Below, piece after piece: positions 39,161 through 52,956 of a DNA stretch of 64,000 nt. Made by a program: the position numbers and the translations under genes. Below the pieces are notes generated by a model. That model was not told the DNA's origin. It worked only from the letters and a program-made list of their open reading frames with translations, and did not search any database. The first letter of the stretch is position 1, and the number at the start of each line of letters is the position of its first letter. The stretch lies in the NCBI RefSeq assembly GCF_018977255.1, contig NW_024704742.1, forward strand, positions 53,322,001-53,386,000. The letters are read 5' to 3'. Origin of the DNA: Callorhinchus milii (taxonomy: Eukaryota).

Positions 39161-41149
39161 CACTAAAAAACAATCCATTCCAAGTGAGGATTTTGGACTA
39201 CAATGATCGGCGATGTGATAATTATCGCCGGTGATAATTATAGGATTACAACCTACATTTTTGTCATCTATTGTTGGTTGGGGTGTTTGCTCTTAGCACT
39301 GTGACTATTTTGCACAATGGTGCACTTTAACAGGGGCCTGTTGGGAGTATGCATTTCTTAAAAGTAAAATTCCAATTAATAATCATTAATTATAGGGGAA
39401 TATCCCTACACTGTATTTGTTTGTAAGTGGCCAAACCATACATTACAGTATCATTGCTTAGGGAAACATGATTAGATCACAGACACTTGGGTCCATTCCT
39501 GTGACATTCCCACAGTAGAATTAAAAAGAGAAACACAGATGGTAAGCAGCGAGAACTCCTTGTGCTTATATACATTATAAATTAAAACAGACTCCAGGCA
39601 GTAACATACCTCAGTGTTGAGATAACATAAAAAATCCACTTGAGCTTCTTTCTCTTTCTTAGTTTACAATATCACATCAGCTCTGATATGTGTTATCATC
39701 AAGCACACAGCAGGCAATGTGCTTTCCTTTAATAAATACTGCAGTGGAAATGTGTAAAAAGTAGATGAGTAAAACCTTATGAATATAAAAAAACACATAT
39801 TCTCGGTTTGGCTCGAGGGTAGCACTCTGCTAGGGTACAGTTCCACTTAGGATTTTTCCATTGTAACTGGTAAAAGGAATTTCTCATCTTCGGTGCCTAA
39901 ATATGGGAAAGTGTGATTTTGACAGCTCTCTCCATGGTGGACTCAGCACCACCAATGACAATGTGTGCCCCCCACCACACCCCCCAGGCTCTGCCCACTT
40001 CATAGTGGGTGCAGAGCAGACAAACACACTAGTTTTAAACTGGGTCTGTACAGGATCACTGAACTATAATACTTCAGAGAAAAGATGGGGAATGAAGCTG
40101 ACTGCTTTATTCCAGCCAGTTCAAAATAAATGTCTGTGGCAGTTAGAAACCAACCAAGTGGCAACACTACTGTAGTTTGAACATTGCTCTCTAGTCATCT
40201 CAGGGGCACAAGCAGGACAGAGACAGGCAGGAAATGTCTACAGACTGCACATACAATCAGCCGGTGATGTTTTAGCAACAGCACTGTATTCAGAAGAGAC
40301 CACAAAAACAGATACAGTTATTAGGGAGAGTAAATTTCTTTGACGGTCTGAGAGAAAATATTAATCAGCTTGCATATCTCACAAGAAGCTCGGAGAATCT
40401 TGCTACTCACCATTTCAGAAGTGCTTTTTTGTAACTATGTTCAAAGTAAAAAAAATGCTGAACTGCAATACAGAATTGTAAGCGGTGATAAAATTCAAGA
40501 GCTTTTGCATTTTACATGGAGCTCAGGAGGCAGATATGACTCATGGAAAATTTAAATGCTTGGCAATTGCTTATATGATCCACTTAGTGACATAATTATG
40601 GCCATATAAATATGAACTTAAAATTTCACACTCTGGACTGTATAACTCCATTCACCATGGACAGTAAGAAAGTTGCTGGAAATTCTGAGGTTACATTTAC
40701 TCCTGCTCGGAGCTGGAGAACTGATGGCAGAATTATTGGGTCACATGTATGCAAAGTGACAGATGCTACTCTTTTTACTGCTACCATCAAATCTTTATGG
40801 TTACCTCCTTATCTTTGTGTCGTTCTGACATGTGACGCATTCACGTAACTCAGCAACAGAGACTTGGGATTTCCAGGACTGACTGATTCATTGAGCAACT
40901 GGTGGCCTCCGACTTCTGACATTTAAAAATCTGACTGGATCCAGATTCCAATTGAAAATTTGAATACCAGGCTCTTTGCTTAGTGTTCCTAGCCTCCAGA
41001 TCTCCCCACCCTGGCAATGAGTGGGCTGAGTGAATCTTATTAATAAGTTGGTTTCCTCCAAGATGTAATCTTACTAAAGCCTCCCTGTTTATATATTTGC
41101 TTTTAAGCTCACTATAGCATATACTTACTGAGTACGCAATACAATCTCA

Positions 41150-41402
41150 ACAAACAACAATTTATACTTGTATAGTGCATTCACTTTGAGAGAATGTCTC
41201 AAAGTCCTTTACAAAGGCTGAGCTGATGCTGGAGCTGTTGTGGGGGGGAAGGGAATGTCTGAAAGCACAGTCAGTATTGGTTTTCAGGTGGTATTTGACA
41301 ACAGGGAGGGAAGGATTGAGGAGAGCGATTTCGGGAGAGAGTTCCAGAGCATAGGAGCAAACTGGCTGAAGGTTTACTGACTATTGATGAGGCAGAGTAG
41401 AT

Positions 41403-41442
<40 letters not shown>

Positions 41443-41665
41443 TGAAACAGGCTGAAGTTGATGGAGCAGAGTGGAGGGAGTGCCTGGGGGAGTATCATCA
41501 TAACTCGTCGCTCCAAAACCATAGCTAGGATCTGGTATTGTCATTTATCCTGAATAGTTCCTTGGGAAGACAGGGCAGTCGGGTTGCAGGAGATCACAGA
41601 GATAGGATGGAACATGGGGAGGCATTTGAAGGTGAGGATGAAGGTCTGAAGAGTTGATCCTCTGG
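41150..41665 (-). mobile_element. Decayed L2 3' fragment containing a poly-G run
   Basis: Tail caacaatttatacttgtatagtgc...; minus-strand remnant ILTFKCLP at about 41620-41645. Confidence 0.65.
41403..41440 (+). repeat. Poly-G homopolymer (38 nt)
   Basis: Uninterrupted G run; its length may be affected by sequencing error. Confidence 0.9.
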
Positions 41666-43166
41666 AAGATAGGGAGTCATCTATAGTAAATATATGTATA
41701 TTTACTTTAAATATAATAACGTTACAACCTGGAAATGCTATTCCTGCCTGTATTTTAAAAATGATATGTATTTTCATAAAAGAAGCAACAGTAAGACATT
41801 GATATCTGAAATACCTTCGCTTGAAAATACTGTGATGAAGAACAACAGCTGAAAGCTGTAAAAAAATGAATCAAAGACAAAGAAAAGCAGACGGAAGAAT
41901 TTAACATAATTTGTCAGAGTCAAAAATAAACATCTCATAAATGAGGAAGTTAATAAAGTATTTGAACACAGCATCATTCAGAATACTGGACAGCCTTTTA
42001 TTTCTTGTCTTCTCTTTCCATGAAAGATCTGATATAATAGCTTTAAAAGACTTGTAGCCAGTGTTGTGCAAATAAGCATGGAAACACAAGCGCATATTAA
42101 GTTAAAAAAGGGTCAGCCATCAATTGGTAGGATTCTTTGCCAGAAACCATTCCCATGAGATTTTCAAAGAGTTTACAACATTCATGTTTATTATAAATGT
42201 CTCTGGGACAGGAAGTAAAGGGTGCAGAATTGACCTCATCTGGATTCCTTCCAATGTCAGAAGGTGATCGGTCCATTTAGAAAGGCTCCAATCCCTTTCC
42301 TCCGTATCTGATTGCTTGGTCAGTAAATAAGCTTTGTTCTGCTTTTCACAGCTTCATAATTAACAGCAGACTCCTCCGAGAGTTCATTAGAGACAGTCTG
42401 CTCGGTCCTCGAAAGAGTAAAGGATTTGTACCTCTGTGCCTGCCTGGGTTTCGTAACATCTCGTTGATCAGTGGAAATATCCTAATCATTTGATGAAGGC
42501 GTTTTGGAGTTCAAAGCACACTATCTTGCTTTCTTAAAGGCAACTTTATTTATTGTATAGCACATTGCAAAGTAATTATCAAGGTCGCTGCTACAAAATG
42601 AGCAATGAGTCATGAACTCTGGAGAATCAGGGTAGTTGGCATTTTGCTACACAGATAAGGAGACCGCACAAACTACTCCATTGTCAATTATTTACACTTA
42701 GAAAATAATGTTAAACACAGAAGCCTGAAGTATTACTTATTAATAAAGTACTCTAGATGGCATTTGATACTGTAGATAATAAGAACAACAACAATTTATA
42801 TTTATACAGTGCCTTTGCATCAGAAGGATGTCTCAAAGTGCTTCAAAACAGCTAGCTGACTGGCAGCCCAAGGGGTAGGAGGGACTGAGAACGGTGAAGA
42901 GGTAACTGAAAAAGCATAAAATCTATTTCAGAGGTGATAAACTGAAGGTTTTAGGCATTTTCCCTCATGAACACTGAATCCTCCTTTTTATCACTTGTTT
43001 GAACTACTGTAATAACCTGATCTCCCCACTTAGTTGATCCTCCTGGCTCTCCGCATTCTTGCTCAGTATACCCAAAGTAATAAATACAACTGTTCTTCAT
43101 GCCATGCAGGATTCAAGAGAGCAGAAACATACAGCAACAATCTACTTCTCAAATAGTCCTGAGAGT

Positions 43167-43317
43167 AATTGGGGAGGCTGACAAACAGAGTTTCCATAGA
43201 CAAGCCTTGAGATGACGAATGCGTGTATGAGTTAGCTAGTACCCAGCTAACTCATACACGCATTCGTCATCTCAAGGCTTGTCTATGTAAACTCCCTGTT
43301 TGTCAGCCTCCCCAATT
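43167..43317. repeat. Near-perfect inverted repeat (about 70-bp arms, 7-nt spacer)
   Basis: 43195-43237 is the exact reverse complement of 43245-43287 (43 bp). Pairing extends to 43167/43317 with one mismatch and a 2-nt bulge. Confidence 0.95.
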
Positions 43318-43852
43318 TTTCCCTCTACAAGCTGCAGATCATCCAGAACTCTGCAGCTCGTGTCTTCTTCTTCACCAGGCTCCATGACCCCATCACCCCC
43401 ACCCTCGCCCAACTCCACCGGCTCCCCATCCCTTAAAGGATAGAATTCCAAATCCTCGTCCTCACTTTCAAACCTCTCCATGGCCTTGTCCCCTCCTACA
43501 TCTCTGACCTGCTGAGCCCCATTAACCTGTCCACTCCCTCCATTCAGCAGGCTCTGGCCTGCTCCAAGTCTCCTGCCCGACCCGCCTTATCATCGGCGGC
43601 TGGGCTTTTAGCCTCTCTGCCCCCACCTTCTGGAACTCAATCCCTTTGCCTGGCTCTGTCCCATACCTCCTTCAAGGTATGATTCAAAACCCTCCTTTTC
43701 GCCTGTGCCTTTGGCTGCCCTCCTACCTCCCTGCCCTCCCTCATCCCAACCTTGCCCCCACCCACTCAGGTCCTGATCCCTGACTGTTCAACTCCCTGGG
43801 ACGTCTTCCCGATGTGAAAGGCACTTTACAAATGTAATTTTGTTGTTGTTGT
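43245..43852 (+). mobile_element. L2 LINE 3' fragment (ORF2 C-terminus and 3' UTR)
   Basis: One frame reads LIHAFVISRLVYVNSLFVSLP...KLQIIQNSAARV...PITPTLAQLHRLPIP*RIEFQILVLTFK.LHGLVPSYISDLL, typical of the L2 ORF2 C-terminus. Ends gtgaaaggcactttacaaatgtaattttgttgttgttg. Confidence 0.9.
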
Positions 43853-45966
43853 TTCAATACCAGATTTAGAATTGAAAGTTCTGGGTTGAAAGCCTAATGA
43901 TCTGAGTCATGATCCTGCTTAAGAGTCTCAAAACCATACTGATAGTTCCACATATGATAACCTGGTTCTCACAGGCAGGCTTATCATCATCATAATAATC
44001 ATTATTAATAATAATAATTCAAGGTAGATATTCATATGTACACATATCTTCTAGCTAAAGTCCTGAAGAGTAGGATGGCCTTAATTACTATTTGCCTGGA
44101 ACCTACAATTATGGTCTTTGGAATAAAACATAATAATATATAATAATAATCCTTGAATTAGACACAGCGCCTTATCACATATTCAAAATGAAATAAGGCA
44201 AATAACATGAATCATATTTAATGGAAATGAATTTGATAAAGACATTTTTAGGGATTTATATCTTACCGATAATATTACCACTTCCACTAATAACAAAGCA
44301 ACATTTTACATAAAAATTCAGCTGATTTATCCTGGGATTAGTTTGGGTCTTGAAGTACCCAGGTTTATATTGGCAATAACAGGCTGCGCAGTGGATGTGA
44401 ACTGGGAGACGAGTACCGTTATAGTGCACTTTGACAATCTCATTCATTGGGCACATTGGGTTCTAATTTGTGCTGGTTTCTAAACAGAAATACTCTAGAA
44501 TATGCAGTAATGTCCAAGAGAATCCGAGTGATCCTTCCAGTAATGGGAAATGCGGTTACAAATTGTGACACAGTTTAACTTTCTTTATTATGGAATTTAT
44601 TAGAAATCTGAACATATTAGACACAATTATCAAAATATTAATCTTATGGATGTGACACATTACACTCTAAAAGTTATCCTTAAAATAATTTCTTAATGGT
44701 CACTTAATGGACAATCATAATATGATTATTGTTTTCAATTTTTTTTATTTGGGACAAGTTACCATGTTTTCTTTTATATGCTGCATTGAACAACTGATCT
44801 GAACCTGTCCAAATTCAAACAGTTTGGTTTCCCTCCTCTCAAGAAGCTTCCTTTAACCCATATTTGATTAGTTTTCAATGCCTGTTCCTTTAAAATAGAC
44901 ATCAGTGCGAATTCACAGCAAGGAAAAATGTCCCTCCGGTCAACTATGTTATAATTTCCTGCACTGTTAAGTATTTGTAAAGATGGCTTGTCTGGAAGTA
45001 ATATCTCTAAGGGTGAATCCAAGACCAGAGGATATAACTTTATTTTAGACCAAATTGATCAAAGGTTCTTTACATCGAAGGTAATGAGAATACTGTCTTA
45101 TAAAATTGCATAGCTGAGAAGCCTGTAAGTATCCCCAGGTTATGACGGCTCCAGAGCTCACCCACAGAAGTTAGTTTCATGGGCATTTTGTTTTGCGTCA
45201 CTAGAGGATGAACGCAGCCATGACCAATCATCAATTATTGACACCAAGACTTGCAAGGATCCATTTTTTTTAAATGCCAGTCAAGGGTTGGATGTGCGAC
45301 TGGCTCCTTAATAAGATTAAAAAAACTGACACCTGATTTTAAAGTTCGGAAAGTATAGATTTTGCTCTCTGATCCTCTACAGGGACACTACATTTCTTCA
45401 CCTGCATTCGCGAGTTAACATTTCTATCACATTGGGAATGTTAATCAACCAATATCCCTTTAAAAAAAACTAACACATGATTTCAGAGTTCTGCGCATAC
45501 TTTGCACATCAAAGAAGCTGCTTAACTTTTATGAGTATAACACAACATAACTTGATACTACTCAACAATTTTCAGCCTTTCTTCTCTTCGAAATCAGCTC
45601 CTAGAGGTAAAAAGGAAATATACAAATTCTGGTCACAATTTTTGTACTGCATTAAATGTGATACACGATTGATATTCAACCGCCCGCAAAAAGATGAGAC
45701 TGACATATCCTGAAATTGTGTGAAGGCCACAACAGGGCAGTGCTTTGCTTTCCCAACTTTTGCTGACTTTTCCAAACTTCTCTCAGTCTTTGGTGACATT
45801 TGGGATTTGAAAGGCGGCTTTAATTGGTTATTTTTTTCTCTCTCTCAAAATTGTAAATCACCATTACAGAAGTTGTAATTAATGCAATGTATCTAATTGG
45901 CAAACATTACACTCTGTAACCTTCAAAATATATTTGATACTCTAGAATTCCTTCCCGTACAGATTT

Positions 45967-46465
45967 GGTGTCAGCTGGCTCAGCTGGTAACTCGCCTCTG
46001 AGTCAGCAAAGCTGTGGGTTCAAGCCCTGTGTCAGGACTTTAAGCACTCTGAGATACTATATAAAGGTTGTTATATAAAGTTGTTGTTATTGTTGAACTC
46101 ACAAGTCTAAGCTGACACTCCAATGCAGTGCTGAGCATGTGCTACATTTTTGAAAGTGCCACCTTTCAGATAGATGTAAAATCAAAGTCTTGCCTGCCTG
46201 GTTAGGTTGACATTATCCCATGACATTGCTTGAAACAAGAAGGGAGTTTCGGGCCATCAATGCCTCTCGCCCATGCCCCTACCCCCCAAAAAAGGTTGTA
46301 CACTTCATGACTGTTTCTACAAAATTGCTGTGTGCAAATTATTGAGTTTGTCCAGAACTCAGCAATTTGCACTTTATTTCACATTACAGTATATCTTGCA
46401 AAGCGCTTTTAGGCATACTACTAACATGAAAGGTGTTATATCAAATGCAAGGATTATTATTTATT
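45967..46465 (+). mobile_element. DeuSINE-like SINE, full length, decayed
   Basis: Head ggtgtcagctggctcagctggtaactcgcctctgagtcag...gtgggttcaagccc, central gtgccacctttcagatagatgtaaaatc, tail tatatcaaatgcaaggattatt. Confidence 0.72.
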
Positions 46466-49362
46466 GTATGATACCCTTCATACCACATCTGTATCAATTT
46501 TTAAAAAAGTAACATATATAAATTGCAATACAGATATTCTTCCCACAGAAAGCAGATGGCTTCAATCTGGAGTGCCTAGTGTTATGGGACGAGAACCAGA
46601 AGAATCCCCAAATATTTATTTTATGAGAAAAAAGTGCCTGTGTCACTTGCATCATATTTTCCTTAATTAAATGAATGTCTGTTGGAATGATTGGTGCCAA
46701 ATCTAAATGAGTCCAGTTGGACCTTTTTGGATTATATCAGAAGAATCCAGATTTGGCTTAATTCTTCCTCAATTTGGATTCATATGTATTTAAGATACAC
46801 CTGCTTCTTTAAATAAAAGTGTGTTGGCATAGCTCTGTTTTCTTTGTGTACAGTTTTACTGTTAGATCAATTCAACCTTCCATTGTGATCACTGTGTTTG
46901 GAGAGATAGGAGCAGATTGGAACCTACTTTGTGATAGAATCATAGAATAATCAAAATTTGCAGCACAGGAGGCAGCCATCGAGTTTGCACCAGTTCTCAC
47001 AGCAAGATGTTCATTTAATCTGACTGCCCTACCTTATCCCTGTAGACCTCAAACCTCTGCCCTTCATATTACCTGACTACTTCCCACTCGAAACCCACAC
47101 AAATGGATACTCACAAATAGGATAAGAAGCATGAATTACAATTTTGTTTCATCAGCCAAGTATCTGACACATACGGAAACCCATCACCATGCTTAAGAGT
47201 ATCCAAGCCAAACTGAGAGTTCTATGCATCCCACCTATATGTGGAAATTCCAGAGATATTTATGAATTATAATATCAATTTGTGAATATCGAAACCATCT
47301 CATTTTGGATTCTCTAAATACAGTATGGCTGTTAATTAGTTTTGAAAGTCGAAATTGGACAACAAAAACACCAAAGAACAAATGGAAATTGCAAATATCA
47401 CAAATTTGGCTTTCAATATACACAAACTTGTGTCGCAATTAACCCTCAAACCACCTTTGTGAATATTAAAAAATGTTGTAATTCTTTAAGAACAGCGGAA
47501 AAAATGAATTCCAAATTCAGACTGAATTGAAAAATTTACCTCAATTGTTCACAATCTTAAATTTTAATGTTAATAAGGCTCAGGCGATGAGACATTATGG
47601 GTGTCAGATTGGAATCTTGCGTTATCTGTATCAAAATCCATAGATGGCATTTAAGTTCCAGTAACTATGATATTATATCACTTGAAAGCTCTCAAAACCA
47701 TTGGTGAAATGAAGACATAACAATATCACCTATAAATGCGGATAAACCAATATAATTTTATGTTCCTGTCTCTTTTGATCTCTGGTAGTGTCCATCATTT
47801 ACATTCTCATTTCATTGTGATTCAGCCAACTGAATAACTGAATGTGACATTTCAGCACGAACACTCGATTGAAGGCCATTACTACCCGTTGATTTCTGAG
47901 TCTGCCCCATTTTGGATAAAATTTCAAGTCTGAATGATTAATACATTATTGAAACTGACATTAGCTGATACTTAGGGACACATGCTCTATGCATTATGTT
48001 ATCCAATATATGTTGTGAAACAGCTTTTACTGTATATAATTTCACCATTGTAAAACTTCCCGTTAAATAAAATGTATATTTTATGATTATTAAAAACAGG
48101 CTTTAAATAAAAACCTAACACACAGACAACGAGTGTAACAAGCTGTTGCCAAGAGACTATTTGTTATAAGTTAGTGACATCAGCCTGGAAGAAGAAGGGT
48201 GGGGGGTGTAGTGGCTCACTTCCTGAGGTTCACAGAGTGAGTCTCAGAGCTCAGGGTAAAACTCGAATAGGAGGCACTTTAGAGACCAGTGGAATTCCAA
48301 ACGTATGTGAACTTGAGAGCAGCACGGAAAAACTACAGCTGCTGCTACATGGTGTCAGGCTCAAGTGTGGAAAATGTCCATTTAGTTCGGTTTTCAGCAA
48401 AAGATGGAAAAATGTTTAACTTTATACAGCTGGAAGAGTCTTTATGACTAGGAGTGGTTTTCATATAACTGCCAGTCATATATATCACTGGAGATTACTG
48501 GTTAATAAAGCTACTGACATCAATGTAAAATTAATATAAACCCTAGATATCCACTAATACGGGTGTCACTAACAATCCCATCCAGGCCAAGTGCAGCAGT
48601 TTGAGATTAACCAAAGATTGTAACATTTGTTCTCTTAAATAATTCACTTTTTTCATCGTTTAACTTTATTTATTGCTCTTATTTGTTAAAGTAAGAGGTG
48701 ATATAGCAATGCTGGTGAGAATGGAATTCTTTTCCCTGCTTTGAATTCAATTACAGTATATAGTCTTCACATGCGAAAGTCCGGGGTAGTGTGATAGCCA
48801 TATCCTCCAGCACTTCAGCAATATAGGCATAAACCCTAACACTGACAGACCACGGTATCCCAATCCTGAGTCCTGAGTTATTGAAACAGTCAAAGTGCAT
48901 AGAAATTTAAAGCAGCTCTGTACTGCACACTGATTTGTGCTGGACTCAAATTGACAGAAGGCAAATTCCTAATTTGTCTTTGAAGGAAGAACAAATACTA
49001 TTACTCATGAATTTGAATATTTTTATGACACAAAAGAATATTAGGGTAAAATCCTCTTTTTTAAATCATTTTATCATTGTTTCTGTTGATTAGCATAAGG
49101 ATCAGATTAAGAAAGACTGCAAATTTTACCCCATTGGTATTAATACGAAAAAAAGTTTTTGATTAATATACACTAATCATAAACAAGGATATTTTAAAAT
49201 GTCATTAGTATTAGAAAAGATCATCTTATTATAAGTGCATAAAAGATGAAGTGATATCAGTTGGTATCCAAACAGATTAGGTGTTTTCAACCTCCTGCTA
49301 AACAGTTCCTGACAAATTATGATAAAAATATTGGTACTGTACTTGCGACTCATCTGTAGAGT

Positions 49363-50133
49363 GATGTCCTGTAGCTCACTGGTTAGAGCACTCGCCTCGC
49401 AAGCGAGAGGACCTGGGTTCGATTCCCGGGCAGGGTGAAACAAAACATAGTGGAGTCCTGTAGCTCAGTGGTTAGAGCACTCGCTTTGCAAGTGAGAGAC
49501 CTGGGTTCAATTCCAGGCAGGGCGAAACCTTGGGCAAGTTTCCTTACTCCACACAGAGCCTAATAATAATCCCTCCAAAACCAAAAACAATAATAAAATT
49601 GGTCATTTTCAATCTACGACTGTTTGTGGGACATTGCTGTGCGCAATTGGCTGCCGCGTTCGCCCACAAATATACAGTCAATTCACTTTACAGTCTATTC
49701 TGTGAAGCGCTTTGGGACGTCCTCCCGACGTGAAAAGCGCTATATCAAATGCAAGGATTATTATTATTATTATTATTATTGGGTGTGTTTTCTTACTCCA
49801 CACACCTAGCAGTAAGTAGGAACCCAGTTGTTAGTCGATTGGCGGATCGCTTTTCCAGGGGTAATGATCCCTTCAAATTAAAAAAAAATTTAAAAAATTG
49901 GTCACTTAATCCCTGACTGTGTGTGGAACCTGCTGTGCGCAATTGGCTGCCGCGTTCGCCCACAAATATACAGTCAATTCACTTTACAGTATATTCTGTG
50001 AAGCGCTTTGGGACGTCCTCCCGACGTGAAAAGCGCTATATCAAATGCAAAGGATTATTATATTCTGTGAAGCGCTTTGAGACGTCTAGAAGAAATGTTA
50101 AGGTGATATATCAAATGCAAGGTTTATTATTAT
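49363..50133 (+). mobile_element. Tandem SINE cluster: isolated tRNA-like head (49363-49441), full SINE (49452-49780), headless long-subfamily copy (49781-50060) and an extra tail fragment (50061-50133)
   Basis: Two consecutive TAGCTCA(C/G)TGGTTAGAGC...GGTTC(G/A)ATTCC heads and three copies of the tail motif tattctgtgaagcgctttg...tatatcaaatgcaa. Confidence 0.9.
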
Positions 50134-52004
50134 CTGTGTTTAATATATTCATTCAATAAATTTAACAACAGATAAAATGCTTCAATTGATTTATCAGTTA
50201 CCATCTACCTTCCATTAACTCACACAGAATCAGGCTTCTATAATTGTCTACTTTACCAGACAATTTATTAGTGCTCCTTCAAAGTTTTTCTTACAACAAA
50301 TGTCAAATGTTCCTGTGGAATTTAAATGTATTAGTCTCCTTCTCCCTTCCCTCTCTTTCCCTCGATTGGTGTCTGTCCCCATCATTGTGAAGTGCTCCAA
50401 GACATTATTCTACATAAAAGGTGCTATATAAATAATACTTGTTGTTATTGTTGAATTGCACAACAGGTAATCTTCATCCTGACATTTACAGTAGAACAGA
50501 TAGCGAGACTGTAAGCGGAGTTGCAGAGTTAGTTCTTTAACAGTTTATTTACTTTATTAAAATAGTAGTGGATCATTGGATTAGTTCTTGCCAAGATAAT
50601 CACTGATGTGATAAAATCTCATTTGTATGCCTTACCATTTGATCCCTTCCATTAGATCACAAGCCTTCGCTGACACGCACTAGTGTATGACTATGTTTCA
50701 ATAAAATAAAATTATGTAATAAAAACAAATTTGAACAGAAATTGGAAGTGAACCAAGCAGAACTCTTAAGTATAAATCAAGTTCAACTGTACTTTCTCAT
50801 TTCTAGCCCCTTTTAGAAATCCGTTGATGCTGTATTTCAACAAACAATTTTGTAAAACAAAAGCTATAATTTCTTTTAAGATTTCATCCTTTTGAGATTT
50901 GAAGCATCATAATAGCATAAAGGTGGTGGGGAGCCAAAGGAAATATGAATATAGTCATTATCCTGTCAAGAAACCACAATGTGGTCAAGAATAGCAAAGT
51001 TAGGGATATGTGCTTCTTTATTTGGGAGCTGGGAAGAAGTGGGTTTGGATGGTGGAAAACAATGCCAATGAGAAATAAATTGTAGTTCCTGAGTCCTGGA
51101 TTTGTAAATGAAACAAAACTAAACATAGGGGTTGATATTAAAGCTTTTTACCCTTTATGCAGTTGGTTTAGTTTTGGTAATTATGTTTCTCAATACAAAC
51201 ATTATAGACTGATGAGAGTAAGCCCATAATTTAGATAATTACATTTCTCCTGGTTCTGTTCTGCCATTTTAATGAAAACAAAGATTGCAAGTGGGAAAGG
51301 GACGTAAAGACAGGACATCTGTCTGCACAGAAAAATGCAAGCCAGATGGAAAAACTTTAAAGAATTTTTATTGAAACAAAACTTGGAATGCTTTGTGCAT
51401 ACGACTGACAGGTAAACCAGTGTAAAATCAAGCAGTAACTATAATGCTCTTGGGGAAAATCCAGGCCAAGAACGTGAACATATGTGTAGCACCTGTAGTT
51501 AATACATGGAGCACATCATTGTGTAGTACTTCAGAGATCATCTTATTCATATATTTCTGCTTATTTTGTTCCAATCAAACACATTGGCATTGGTACACTT
51601 TTACATTAAGGTTACATTACATTAAAATCATCATCAAAATATCCTCTTTAACCCAGAACTGATACATTACTCAAGACAATACCTGTTTTTAAAAGTCACC
51701 TTAAAAGTAACAGCTTTGCTAGCACATGGGAGAATGACATCCTGATTGACAGGCCACCAGACAATCACAATATTAATTCGCACAAGTTTTCACTTTTTAT
51801 ATCTCCAAAACGAAATAGATTTAGTTTGCAATTTTGCTATTTATTTTGATGAGTCTAACTAATTGCAGTACAAAAGTTTGTGTGACAAGAGTAGATTTTC
51901 CACATTTTTCTGAATCACAGCCAGTTCTGTCCTTTTCACAGTATGTACCATATTTCATAGCTTTTTAAGGCAGCTGTGCTTTTTGGATCCCTGTCTCTGT
52001 TAGA

Positions 52005-52700
52005 ACAATAGAATATAATGTTACAGCACAGAAAAGGCCATTTGCCCTAATTGTCACCATGAGACACCAAGCCTAATCCCATTTTACTGCTCACTCCCTG
52101 TACACGCTAATATTCCTCTTTTTCAAACATCAATCAGATTCCCTCTTTAAAGGATTGATGGACTCAGCTTCAACAATGGCTTTGTGTCAGAGAATTCCAC
52201 ATTCCCACCAATACTGCATAAATAATTTTTTAAACCTTTTTTGTAATTCTTTTGTGATTACTTTAAATTTCCCTCTCATTATTGACTTGCTCACCATCAG
52301 AAATAATCCACCACAACAATAACAACTTTAATTTACATAGTGCCCTTCAGGCGGAGCTGTGCTTTGATGTGTTTAACGCTTAATTGGCAGAGCTTGATGC
52401 AGAACTGGAGAAGGGGGGAAGGTGACTGTAAGCAGGTTAAAGGGGAAGGTCTTCAGGTGTGATCTGAAAACAATATAATAATTTATCCTAACATAGACCT
52501 TCATAATCTTAGAAGACTTTTATCAGATCAGTCCTTAATAACAGCTCTTGTGAAAAGGCTCTAACTTCTTAGGTCTCTCTTCTTAACCTCTCATTCCTGG
52601 AACATCCTGCCGAATCTTTGCGACATTTGTCTATTGTTCTTATCCTTCCCATATTGAGGTGTACAATAACTGTTCACCTGCGGCTAAGCTACAGTCACAC
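52005..52700 (-). mobile_element. Highly decayed CR1 3' fragment interrupted by a short L2-tail insertion (about 52310-52470)
   Basis: Starts tagaatataatgttacagcacagaaaaggccattt and follows the same motif order as 63150-63850. The internal caacaat...tttacatagtgccctt segment matches the L2 tails elsewhere in the window. Confidence 0.6.
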
Positions 52701-52807
52701 AGTGTTTCCTGTGTATCATTCCATACAACAACAACAAGATTCCATTTATTGAGCGCCTTTCACGTCGGGAGGACGTCCCAAGGCGCTGTACAGTTGGGTC
52801 AGGACCC

Positions 52808-52885
52808 GAGCAGGGGGGAAATGGTGAGGGGAGGGAAGGGAGGGAGCGAGGAGGGGGGAAATGGTGAGGGGAGGGAAGGGAGGGA
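52808..52885. repeat. 40-bp tandem duplication of a G-rich unit within an L2-tail fragment
   Basis: gagcaggggggaaatggtgaggggagggaagggagggagc is followed by gaggaggggggaaatggtgaggggagggaagggaggga. Confidence 0.85.
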
Positions 52886-52956
52886 TAACGACCATAGGAA
52901 AGGAAAGCTCAATTGATTAGAGTCACCTGACTCACTGATATCTGGTCCTATCTGGT

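Noticed and set aside
41271..41522. Polyproline-containing ORF
   Set aside because: It arises from the poly-G run inside a decayed L2 fragment.
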